Of a DNA stretch of 64,000 bases, positions 55,354-64,000 are shown piece by piece. Position numbers and translations under genes: made by a program. The stretch's first letter is position 1. Every line of letters starts with the position of its first letter. The stretch is from an uncultured delta proteobacterium. GTDB lineage: Bacteria; Desulfobacterota; Desulfomonilia; Desulfomonilales; Desulfomonilaceae. The notes beneath the pieces are model-generated. The model searched no databases. It worked only from the letters and a program-made list of their open reading frames with translations, and was not told the DNA's origin. The stretch spans positions 160,001 through 224,000 of the forward strand of contig CAWBKB010000006.1 of NCBI GenBank assembly GCA_963789265.1, written 5' to 3'.

Positions 55354-55467
55354 TCCCACGACCCGCGGGATTTCCAACGGGAGGGGCATACCAAACTGGC
55401 TCAGGAGTGATCGGCGCAGAGGCCGGTTTGGACTCTCGCGTTTCCCTCGGACTCGGATCCAGGGATG

Positions 55468-55516
55468 GTAGGGGCGACCGGCGGGTCGCCCAGGGCGAAT
55501 GCCATTCGCCCCTACA
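55468..55516. repeat. GTAG-type REP doublet
   Basis: gtaggggcgaccggcgggtcgcccagggcgaatgccattcgcccctac; reverse complement of ~16800-16847. Confidence 0.8.
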
Positions 55517-55549
55517 GTTTTCCGGCGGTCCGCAAACATTGAGGTATGT

Positions 55550-56080
55550 ATGCCATTGTATGAATTTGAGGGGAAAATACCCCGGCTTGACCCGCAAGCG
55601 TTTGTTCACCCATTGGCTGTGCTTATTGGAGACGTGATAATTGAAGCTGGGTGTTATGTCGGCGCGGGCGCTGTGCTCCGAGGTGACATCGGTTCCGTGA
55701 GAGTCGGAAAGGGATCTAATGTCCAAGAGAATTGTGTTGTCCATACGTTTCCCGATAAAGCAACCACCATCCATCCGAATGCACATGTCGGACATGGATG
55801 CATACTCCACGGATGTGAGATCTGTTCCAACGTGCTCGTGGGCATGGGATCAATCGTAGGCGACGACGTCAAGATCAACTCCCGTTGCATCATAGGCGCG
55901 GGAAGCTTCGTTGAATTCGGGACTGAAATTCCGCCTGAAAGCGTAGCCGTGGGTTCACCGGCAAGAGTGGTCAAGCCCGCGGGGCCGGAGCATCTCAAAA
56001 GAATTGCGGATGGCCTAGCAATTTACCAGGAGCTTACAAGACGCTACCTCAAATCATTTAAACTCGCGTCGTGTGGTTAG
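55550..56080 (+). CDS. Gamma-carbonic-anhydrase / PaaY-like hexapeptide-repeat protein
   Basis: VLRGD, SNVQENCVVH, HVGHGCILHG, GSPA. Confidence 0.9.
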   Translation: MPLYEFEGKIPRLDPQAFVHPLAVLIGDVIIEAGCYVGAGAVLRGDIGSVRVGKGSNVQENCVVHTFPDKATTIHPNAHVGHGCILHGCEICSNVLVGMGSIVGDDVKINSRCIIGAGSFVEFGTEIPPESVAVGSPARVVKPAGPEHLKRIADGLAIYQELTRRYLKSFKLASCG

Positions 56081-56117
56081 GATGCGAAACGGGGCGACGG
56101 CAAACCAATCAAGATTG

Positions 56118-56392
56118 ACCGCAGAGTGCGCAGAGAACGCAGAGAAAAATGAAAGCTTATTCAGCATCATGAAAGCCAAAACCGAGTACAGTCAATTCCG
56201 TAGGATGTGGTGAATCCCACGGCACGAGGGATGAACCGTATCTGTCGCGTCTCTATCGCCCTTGAACCACGCGGCTGAGTTTTTCGCGACCGATGCGGTT
56301 CGCTTGGCTCACCACATCCTACAAAACTGTGCTCCACCGGATAGACGTGCACGCAAATAGAATTCTCCGCGATTTCTGCGTCCTTCGCGGTG
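56118..56392. repeat. Nested REP-like inverted repeats
   Basis: Outer accgcagag.gcgcagag / ctccgcgatttctgcgtccttcgcggt; inner gtaggatgtggtga...tcaccacatcctac. Confidence 0.7.
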
Positions 56393-56429
56393 AAGCATTG
56401 CTATTTGAGAGAAAGAGAGTGAAATAACC

Positions 56430-56912
56430 ATGTCCCAACCGAAAAACACTGAAAAGAAGAGAATTCTTGCGGTGGACGACGAGCCGGACGTCATCGAAGT
56501 TATCCAGGAACAACTTGAGGATTACACTGTCGCCCCAGCTACAAGCTTCGAATCGGCTCATAAGCTCATATTGGCTGAACATTTCGATCTTGCGATCCTG
56601 GACATCATGGGCGTTAACGGCTTCGCCCTGCTCGATACATGCGCGGTGCGGAGGCTGCCGGCTGCTATGCTCACTGCCCACGCGCTCAATATCGCGAGCA
56701 TCAATCTCGCGATTAAACTCGGAGCGGTTTCCTTTTTGCCCAAGGATGAACTAGCCAGAATAAATGAGTACGTGGCGGAAATTTTCGAGTGTCTTGCAGA
56801 GGGCAAGACCCATTGGGCGAAGCTTTTTGAAAGATTGGAGCCCCTGTTCAGGGAGAGGCTGGGAGTTGAGTGGAAGCATTTTGGAAACCAATCCTATCCG
56901 CTCACATTTTAA
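56430..56912 (+). CDS. Stand-alone response regulator receiver protein
   Basis: ILAVDDEPD, AILDIMG, MLTAH, FLPK. Confidence 0.9.
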   Translation: MSQPKNTEKKRILAVDDEPDVIEVIQEQLEDYTVAPATSFESAHKLILAEHFDLAILDIMGVNGFALLDTCAVRRLPAAMLTAHALNIASINLAIKLGAVSFLPKDELARINEYVAEIFECLAEGKTHWAKLFERLEPLFRERLGVEWKHFGNQSYPLTF

Positions 56913-57009
56913 TGATCAGGCATCACATCCTGTAAGGTCAATCTTCCGATTTGTTGACACCACCTGGAGCCGGGCGTAATATCGATTCCCGTACCTTCAG
57001 GAGCATTTC

Positions 57010-57663
57010 GTGCCGGTTTCAGCCACTTTTCTACAACTTGAGGGGCGTAAGCGTCAGAGGATCGTGTCCGCGGCTCTCAGCGAGTTCGCCAATGAGGGAT
57101 ATGCCGGCGCATCTCTCAACACAATTGTGAAAAAAATCGGAATATCCAAGGGCTCGCTATTCAATTATTTTATGGACAAACGCGGGCTGTTCATGTTCGT
57201 GTTCGAGCAAGCTTTAGAGCTTGTGAAAAACTATCTCAGAAGTGTCAGAGACGAAACTGCCGACGAAGATCTTTTCACACGCATAGAAAAACATCTGTTG
57301 GCCGGAGTGGACTTTATCCGCTCCAACCCGCGTGTATACAAGATCTACCTGCGGGTGCTGTATGAAAGCGGCTTGCCCGATCGAAACATCCTCATCAAAT
57401 CAGTCCGCCGGCTCTCCATTGAGTATCTGACCGAATTCCTTGATGTTGCCAGGAGCCGAGGGGAGGTTGGCCCCGACATAGAGGTGAATGAGGCGGCTTT
57501 CGTCATGGAGGCCGTTTTGGAGGGCTTCCTCCAAGCCTACGGCGTTCAACATCTGGACGCTGGTTTGGGCTTGTACAAAGCTTCGGACGAAGATGTCAGA
57601 CGTTGGGCTCACGGCGTAGTCCGCCTCCTGAAGCATGGTCTTGTCGGTCCGGCAGAAAATTAA
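57010..57663 (+). CDS. TetR-family regulator
   Basis: AALSEFANEGY.GASLNTIVKKIGISKGSLFNYF.DK. Confidence 0.92.
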   Translation: MPVSATFLQLEGRKRQRIVSAALSEFANEGYAGASLNTIVKKIGISKGSLFNYFMDKRGLFMFVFEQALELVKNYLRSVRDETADEDLFTRIEKHLLAGVDFIRSNPRVYKIYLRVLYESGLPDRNILIKSVRRLSIEYLTEFLDVARSRGEVGPDIEVNEAAFVMEAVLEGFLQAYGVQHLDAGLGLYKASDEDVRRWAHGVVRLLKHGLVGPAEN

Positions 57664-57664
57664 A

Positions 57665-57891
57665 GGAATCTTCAGTTACGCAGGGGAATAGTCGGTTCCC
57701 TGTCATTGAGGGGAGCGCATGGTGGGACAGTCCTGCTCCTCGCGGGAAAGCAATCTTTTCCTTTGAACCCCGCTTAGATTGCCAGTGGGACGGGCATCTT
57801 GCCCGTCGTCCATAATAGACAGGCAAGATGCCTGTCCGACTATTTGCTCCTCGCAATGACAATCTTTCACCGCTCGTAAATGAATGCTCGC
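57665..57891. mobile_element. MITE-like element family B with nested REP doublet
   Basis: Inverted counterpart of 35965-36163; degenerate TIRs. Confidence 0.7.
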
Positions 57892-58011
57892 CTTGTCGGG
57901 ATGAGTCTCGTCGCCCCGTTCGCCGGCTGCGAAATTTTATGCACAATTTTTGTAACGGTTCACAGTGGGGAACGCAGAGGCCGTAGAGCGGACCAGTCGT
58001 CGTTTGGACGA

Positions 58012-58221
58012 TTATCGGCCCAGGATTTCCCTGGCAATAGTAACCTTCTCAATCTCCTTGGTGCCTTCGTATATTTCCACGATCTTGGCGTCTCGGTAAA
58101 AGCGTTCCACGTCGTATTCGTCCATATATCCGTATCCTCCATGGAGTTGGATCGCTTCATCGGTGACTCGGACAGCAGCCTCTATTATTTGTCTTTGGTC
58201 ATCGGTGAGTGAGTAGTCCAC
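58012..58221 (-). pseudogene. Acyl-CoA dehydrogenase remnant with large in-frame internal deletion
   Basis: N-terminal (M)DYSLTDDQRQII joined directly to C-terminal EAAVRVTDEAIQLHGGYGY...IYEGTKEIEK; AGGAGG SD intact. Confidence 0.8.
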
Positions 58222-58255
58222 TGGGTGCCTCCTAACACGAACAACGTGAAGTTTC

Positions 58256-58387
58256 ATACTGATCGGTCGGTATTTTTGATGCCGGATGGGCTCTTGTCAA
58301 GGTAAAACAGTGTAGTGGTACTAACAGAAAAAACTTGACACAGCGGGCCATTAGAGCCTACCGTGGTTCATACCAACCGTTCAGTAT
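58256..58387. promoter_or_regulatory. Divergent promoters with two TetR-type operators
   Basis: atactgatcggtcggtat (58256-73) and ataccaaccgttcagtat (58370-87); TTGACA on both strands (58295-300 minus, 58335-40 plus). Confidence 0.65.
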
Positions 58388-58403
58388 CCACCACGGGCCG
58401 ACA

Positions 58404-58997
58404 ATGAAGCGAACCGGTAATACGGAACAAAGGATTATTCAGGCCGCACTCCAGATCTTTGTCCGCAACGGGTACCACGGAACGTCCGTCGCCGAAATCA
58501 CTCGGAAAGTAGGGCTCACCAAGGGCGCTCTTTACTCCCACTTCAGCGGAAAGGGGGAACTCCTATTACGGATTATTGATGAATACAAATCTCGCTTTAT
58601 TGGCGGAATGGCTCGAGCTCTGGCGGAATGTTCGGGCGATGCTCTGGATCGGATTCACGCGGTATTCAGCTTTAACTCCAGATTCGCTCTGGAAAACCAG
58701 GATATGTGCGTATTCTTGACCTTTATCGCAACCGAGTTGAATGCCGATGTGGATTTCGAACCCGCTCTGAAGAGTGTTTACATAGAATACCGGAAGATCA
58801 TCGGTGCGGTTGTCCGAGAGGGAATACGACAGCGAATTTTCAAGAAAGATCTGGATCCTGAAATCGCAGCTTTGACTTTCATTGCGTTGCATGATGGTGC
58901 GCTTCATCAATGGGTGCTTAACAGAAACCATTTGGATGGGGAGTTGTACGTCCGAACGTATCGTGAAATCTTTCTAAAGGGGCTGTTGAAGCAGTGA
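58404..58997 (+). CDS. TetR-family regulator
   Basis: GYHGTSVAEITRKVGLTKGALYSHF.GK. Confidence 0.92.
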   Translation: MKRTGNTEQRIIQAALQIFVRNGYHGTSVAEITRKVGLTKGALYSHFSGKGELLLRIIDEYKSRFIGGMARALAECSGDALDRIHAVFSFNSRFALENQDMCVFLTFIATELNADVDFEPALKSVYIEYRKIIGAVVREGIRQRIFKKDLDPEIAALTFIALHDGALHQWVLNRNHLDGELYVRTYREIFLKGLLKQ

Positions 58998-59160
58998 ATA
59001 TCCGCCGTGAGAAATCGGCTAACGCTCGACTTGGACAAGGGAAATCCCTCCCCCGGGATCTGGTAGGATTTTAACCGCCTCCCTCGGAGTGTCTCGCGGA
59101 CACCCCGGACTGAGGGCTTCATGCTTTACGTTTATAGATTGATAGTGAGGTCAAACGGCC

Positions 59161-60334
59161 ATGGATGAAGTGGTCTTGACGAGTGCGCTGAGAACTGCGC
59201 AAGGCGATTTTGGTGGCACGCTAAAGAGCTTGCCCGTGACGGAATTGGCCCGGCTGGTGATAGAAGAGGTAGTCAAAGGACTGGACAGTGCCTCGACCAT
59301 AGACAAAGTGATTTTCGGCAATTGTTTTTCCCCTCTGGAACAGAACGTTGCCCGTTTTTCAGCATATCAGGCCGGCGTCCCGGAGCATGTGCCCGGATTC
59401 ACGATCAATGGCGCGTGCGGCTCCTCAATGCAGGCAGTCATCAGTGCCGCACAGGCCGTGCAATGTGGCGAGGCGGAGGTGGTGCTCGCAGGCGGGGCTG
59501 AGAGCATGAGCAATGCCCCGTACATAATGGAATCGGCTCGATGGGGCCAGCGAATCAGGCACCTCCAAGCGTACCGATCTGCTTTGGAAAGCAATGCAGG
59601 AGTGCCCGATTGGTGTCGGGATGGGTTTGACCGCAGAGAATCTGGCTGAAAAGTACGGGATATCACGCGAAGAACAGGATGCTTTCGCGGTCCAGAGCCA
59701 TCAGAAAGCAGCACGGGCCATTCAAGAGGAAAAATTCAATACAGAGATCATCCCTGTTCCCGTCACGAGACCGAAGAAGGAGCCGATCCTTTTCGATACC
59801 GACGAACACGTCAGGCCGGATGTTTCTATCGAAAAGTTGGCCAAGCTACCGGCTGCATTCAAGAAAGACGGTACGGTTACAGCGGGAAACGCATGCGGCA
59901 TGAATGATGCCGCCGCGGCCGTGATTGTTACCGGCCCGAAAAAAGCTCGGGAACTGGGTTTGGCACCTCTGATGCGAATTAGGGGTTACCGTGTGGTGGG
60001 GGTGGACCCGAATATCATGGGCATCGGTCCGGTGCCGGCCATACGTGGCGCCCTCGTGAACTCAGGCCTCGAACTCGGCGATATAGATCGTTTTGAAATC
60101 AACGAGGCTTTTGCCGCACAGTATCTCGCATGCGAACGAGAGCTTGGCCTGGACCGATCCAAAGTCAACGTTTATGGTAGTGGAATAGCTTTGGGGCATC
60201 CTGTAGGTGCAACCGGTTGCCGGCTACTGGTAACGCTTTTCCACGAGATGATTGCCGATAACCTCACCCTCGGTGTAGCTTCTCTGTGCGCAGGCGGAGG
60301 AATGGGTTTTGCGGTGGTGCTGGAGCGCGTGTAG
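59161..60334 (+). CDS. Thiolase (+1 frameshift at ~59574)
   Basis: ACGSSMQ, GGAESMS, EINEAFA, GHPVGATG, LCAGGGMG. Confidence 0.92.
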
Positions 60335-60438
60335 CCGCATGTCGCTGTCAGGCCGCTCCCTTTAGTGGACTCCGGTCCCGACTGCCGGGGCCGAAAGTCG
60401 ATACACCGCATTCCCCTTGTAGACCGGGAACAGGCTCC

Positions 60439-61234
60439 ATGCTCAAGGTCAAGAATATTCAGGTGGTCTACAATAATGTGATCATGGTTCTGAAAGGGAT
60501 TTCTCTGGAAGTCCCGGAAGGGAAAGCTGTGGCCCTACTCGGAGCCAATGCGGCCGGTAAGACCACCACACTCAAGGCCATAAGCGGCATCCTAAGATTT
60601 CAAAATGGTGAACTGGAAGAAGGGGACATTGAGTTCATGGGCCGATCGATCGCAGATGAGGACCCTGACTTAATTGTAAGAGCCGGCATTTGTCTTGTCC
60701 CGGAAGGCCGGCGGGTGTTCGACGATCTTAGCGTGATGGAGAATCTTTGGATCGGGGCCCATACACGCCGAGACCGAGGTGCGATAAGGCAGGATCTTGA
60801 AATGGTCATGGACTATTTCCCGCAGCTTCGCCGCCGGCACTTGCAACAGGCCCTTCTTCTCAGCGGAGGCGAGCAGCAGATGCTCGCGATCGGCCGGGCT
60901 TTAATGTCTCACCCCAAGTTGCTCATGCTCGACGAGCCGTCGCTGGGTCTTGCTCCTATGCTCGTCAAAGAGATCTTTGAAATACTAAGGCGTATCAACA
61001 AGGAACAGAATACCTCGATCCTGTTGGTGGAACAAAATGCGAACGCAGCTCTGAACTTCGCCGAGTACCGGATACATTATGGAGAACGGAAAGATAGTCC
61101 TGGACGGCCCCTCCGACCGACTGCTCGAAAATCAAGACGTAAGAGAATTTTACCTCGGCGTGACCGAGGATCTTGAGAGAAAAAGATATTCCGACGTCAA
61201 ACACTACAAACGGCGCAAACGTTGGCTTTCTTGA
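60439..61234 (+). CDS. LivF-like ABC ATPase (+1 frameshift at ~61068)
   Basis: GANAAGKT, LSGGEQQM; C-terminal DVKHYKRRKRWLS in the shifted frame. Confidence 0.88.
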
Positions 61235-61240
61235 CGGATC

Positions 61241-62008
61241 ATGCTGAACATGGAACTCCTGGAGATTAAAGCGCTTTCGCTTCACTTTGGCGGAATCACC
61301 GCTCTCTCGGACCTCGATATGGTGGTCAAAGAAGGGCATATTCACGCGGTGATCGGCCCCAACGGTGCGGGAAAGACTTCTTTGTTCAACTGCATTAGCG
61401 GCGTTTACCATCCCTCCTTGGGTGACATACTCATTCGCGGAGAAAGTATCTCCCATCTGCGCCCTCATCAGATCGCCGAAAGGGGTATTGCTCGCACGTT
61501 TCAGAATATCGAACTGTTCAGCAACATGAGTGTGATAGACAACCTGTTGCTGGGGTGTCACGTTCGCATGACTTCAGGGCCGCTCTCCTGCGCATTCTTC
61601 TTCGGTAAGGCGGTCAATCAGGAGGTGGAAAAGAGGCTGCACGTGGAGGAAATTATAGATTTTCTCGAGATTGAGAAAGTCCGTAAGAAGATGGTCGGCA
61701 CTTTACCCTACGGAATACAGAAAAGGGTTGAGATCGGGCGGGCGTTAGCAATGAACCCCAGGGTTCTCCTTTTGGATGAGCCGGTGGCTGGAATGAACGT
61801 TGAAGAAACTGAAGATATAGCTCGCTTCATACTGGATATTAAGGAGGAGAAAGGGATCACCGTCATTATGGTGGAACACGACATGGGCGTCGTCATGGAT
61901 GTTGCCGATAAGGTAACCGTCCTCGACTTCGGTTGCAAGATTGGAGAAGGAACTCCGGCTCAAGTGCAGTCGAATCCCGAGGTGATCGCAGCTTATCTGG
62001 GTGGGTAA
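61241..62008 (+). CDS. LivG-like ABC ATPase
   Basis: GPNGAGKT, ARTFQNIELF, LLDEP, AAYLG. Confidence 0.92.
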   Translation: MLNMELLEIKALSLHFGGITALSDLDMVVKEGHIHAVIGPNGAGKTSLFNCISGVYHPSLGDILIRGESISHLRPHQIAERGIARTFQNIELFSNMSVIDNLLLGCHVRMTSGPLSCAFFFGKAVNQEVEKRLHVEEIIDFLEIEKVRKKMVGTLPYGIQKRVEIGRALAMNPRVLLLDEPVAGMNVEETEDIARFILDIKEEKGITVIMVEHDMGVVMDVADKVTVLDFGCKIGEGTPAQVQSNPEVIAAYLGG

Positions 62009-62033
62009 CCGAAAGGATTCGAAGGAATCGATC

Positions 62034-63830
62034 ATGGATGCCGACACCTTACCCAAACTTTTCGCCAGAAACAGGAAGCTTTATTCCGGCAAGGTGGCCC
62101 TCAGAGAAAAAGATCTCGGTATCTGGCAGCGCACCACCTGGGAAGATTACTGGTATCACGTGTGCTTCTTTGCCCTCGGGCTTCGTGAGCTTGGCCTGAA
62201 GCGCGGCGACAAGCTCTCAATTCTCGGAGACAACTGCCGGGAGTGGCTATACGCGGATCTGGCCACCCAGTGCTCCTCTGCAATATCCATCGGTATATAC
62301 CCCACGGATGTGTCCTCTCAGGTCCAATACGTTCTGGACAACTCCGAATCCAGCTTCGTTGTGGCAAAAGACCAGGAACAAGTGGACAAAATCCTGGAGG
62401 CGAAAGATAGCTTGCCCGGACTCAAAAACATCATAGTTGTAGATATGAAGGGTCTCCGCAGGTACAAGGAGCCTATGATTATAAGCTTCAAAGAAGTCCA
62501 AGCTCGCGGCAAGAGCCTTCACGAACGAGAGCCGCATCTATTTGACGAGTTGGTAAACGGCACCAGGGCAGAGGACGTGGCCATTATCGTCTACACGTCA
62601 GGTACCACGGGTAAGCCCAAAGGAGCCATGATCAGCCATAAGAATATCCTGGCCATGATTAGGGGCCTGGCACAAGTGCTGACCTTCAGCCCCAGTGATT
62701 CCTTTGTGTCGGTTTTGCCGCTTTGTCACGTCGCCGAGCGTATGTTTTCCCTTATTTTTCCCATGTGGGCCGGCTGTACAGTGAATTTTGCGGAAAGTGT
62801 CGCCACGCTGCAGGACGATCTCGCGGAGATTTCTCCCACTGCATTTCTGAGCGTGCCTCGAATTTGGGAGAAGATGCATTCAGGCATCATGATACGGATG
62901 CAGGATTCAGGCTTTTTCAAGCGTTGTATCTTCTCGGCAATGATGCCCATCGGCATGCGGGTGGCCGAATTGAAACTGCAAGAGAAATCTGTGCCGCCAC
63001 ACTGGAAGATACTCTATGGGCTGGCTTACCTGCTCCTCTTCAGGCCGTTGATGAACCACTTGGGTCTCTTGGAAGCTCACATATTCGTCAGTGGGGCTGC
63101 TCCGCTCTCGCCTGATCTGACGAAATTCTACCATGCCATAGGAATCCCGGTTCGAGAAGCTTATGGCATGACAGAAGCGACCGGCATCTCATTCATGCCT
63201 AGAAATGGCGAAATAAAGATCGGTTGGGTAGGGAAGCCGATACCGGGTGTGGAGTTCAAGATAGCAGACGATGGAGAAATCCTCCTGCGAGGTGATTCCA
63301 TCTTTGAAGGCTATTACGGTAACCCGGCCGCGACCCAAGGCGCCATCATTGACGGCTGGCTTCATACCGGCGATGTCGGCGAGGTGCGCGGGGACGGAAA
63401 CCTGCGGATCACAGATCGGAAGAAAGATATCATTATCACTGCCGGAGGCAAAAATATTGCACCGTCGGAGTTGGAGAACAGACTCAAGTTTAGCCCTTAC
63501 GTCAAGGAAGCCATTGTAATTGGCGATCGGCGCAAGTATTTGACGTGCCTGATCCAGATTGAACTTGAGAACGTGGAACACTGGGCCCAAATTAATCGAA
63601 TCCCGTACACAAACTATAAGAGCCTCGCTACGCATCCGGAGGTGTATAAACTAATTCAGTCGGAAGTGGACAAGGCCAACAGCAACTTCGCCAGGGTTGA
63701 AACCGTGAAGAGATTTACCATCCTTGACAAAGAACTGGATCAAGATGACGAAGAACTGACAGCTACGATGAAAGTGAAGCGAGCCATTGTAGAGAAGAAG
63801 TTTAGGGATCTCATTGAGTCGATGTACTAG
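62034..63830 (+). CDS. Long-chain acyl-CoA synthetase
   Basis: YTSGTTGKPKG, YGMTE, WLHTGD, DRKKDIIITAGGKNIAP, ELTATMK. Confidence 0.92.
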   Translation: MDADTLPKLFARNRKLYSGKVALREKDLGIWQRTTWEDYWYHVCFFALGLRELGLKRGDKLSILGDNCREWLYADLATQCSSAISIGIYPTDVSSQVQYVLDNSESSFVVAKDQEQVDKILEAKDSLPGLKNIIVVDMKGLRRYKEPMIISFKEVQARGKSLHEREPHLFDELVNGTRAEDVAIIVYTSGTTGKPKGAMISHKNILAMIRGLAQVLTFSPSDSFVSVLPLCHVAERMFSLIFPMWAGCTVNFAESVATLQDDLAEISPTAFLSVPRIWEKMHSGIMIRMQDSGFFKRCIFSAMMPIGMRVAELKLQEKSVPPHWKILYGLAYLLLFRPLMNHLGLLEAHIFVSGAAPLSPDLTKFYHAIGIPVREAYGMTEATGISFMPRNGEIKIGWVGKPIPGVEFKIADDGEILLRGDSIFEGYYGNPAATQGAIIDGWLHTGDVGEVRGDGNLRITDRKKDIIITAGGKNIAPSELENRLKFSPYVKEAIVIGDRRKYLTCLIQIELENVEHWAQINRIPYTNYKSLATHPEVYKLIQSEVDKANSNFARVETVKRFTILDKELDQDDEELTATMKVKRAIVEKKFRDLIESMY

Positions 63831-63917
63831 TGGGAGCGAGAGTTAGAATTTTTGCCTCCGATACGTGGCTAAACCGGAAAGAGAGCGCCCGGCAACAAAC
63901 GACCGGCGTGTGAAAGA

Positions 63918-64000
63918 GCGATCATTCACTTACGAGAGGTTAAAGATTGTCATTGCGAGCGCAGCGAAGCAATCTCTTCCTTTGAACCCCGCTTAGATTG
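63918..64000. mobile_element. MITE-like element family B (cut by the window edge)
   Basis: gatcattcacttacg...aaagattgtcattgcgagc...ccgcttagattg, matching 43407-43490. Confidence 0.7.

Noticed and set aside
29215..61234. Mass pseudogenisation or programmed frameshifting
   Set aside because: All breaks are +1 insertions with no accompanying nonsense decay and no slippery sequences; clustering at GTAC points to sequencing error.
1..64000. CRISPR array or cas genes
   Set aside because: Repeats are dispersed hairpins, not regularly spaced repeat-spacer units; no cas-like ORF.

Overview
64 kb of bacterial chromosome, most likely from an anaerobic deltaproteobacterium (Desulfobacterota, Desulfomonile-like; inferred from gene families, not proven). 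From left to right: (1) a CGGC-domain gene and a secreted calpain-like protease; (2) a 6.9 kb AT-richer island with no integrase, bracketed by two 48-bp 3'-halves of tRNA-Val(CAC), carrying a fused restriction-modification enzyme, a PD-(D/E)XK-like protein and a HEPN-like protein; (3) two HicAB-type toxin-antitoxin modules, one with a MerR-HicB fusion between 57-bp palindromic direct repeats; (4) a complete cyoABCDE bo3 quinol oxidase operon; (5) a P1B ATPase, IclR, modABC, DUF364, a porin-like gene, a QueG-like gene, arfB, an SMR transporter and btaAB betaine-lipid genes; (6) a ~17 kb sigma54-driven catabolic cluster whose first gene and second-to-last gene are the two halves of a split PEP-synthase/phenylphosphate-synthase-like kinase, with an amidohydrolase, HAD, flavin reductase, CoA ligase, BadH-like SDR, acyl-CoA dehydrogenase and ABC importer between them; (7) a TetR/thiolase/acyl-CoA synthetase locus. 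Intergenic DNA is dense with MITE-like shells carrying interchangeable REP-like hairpins. Thirteen +1 frameshifts lie downstream of ~29 kb and 11 sit at GTAC, so they are probably sequencing artefacts. No CRISPR array, rRNA, intact tRNA, integrase or transposase was seen. All family assignments come from motif recognition by eye, with no database search.
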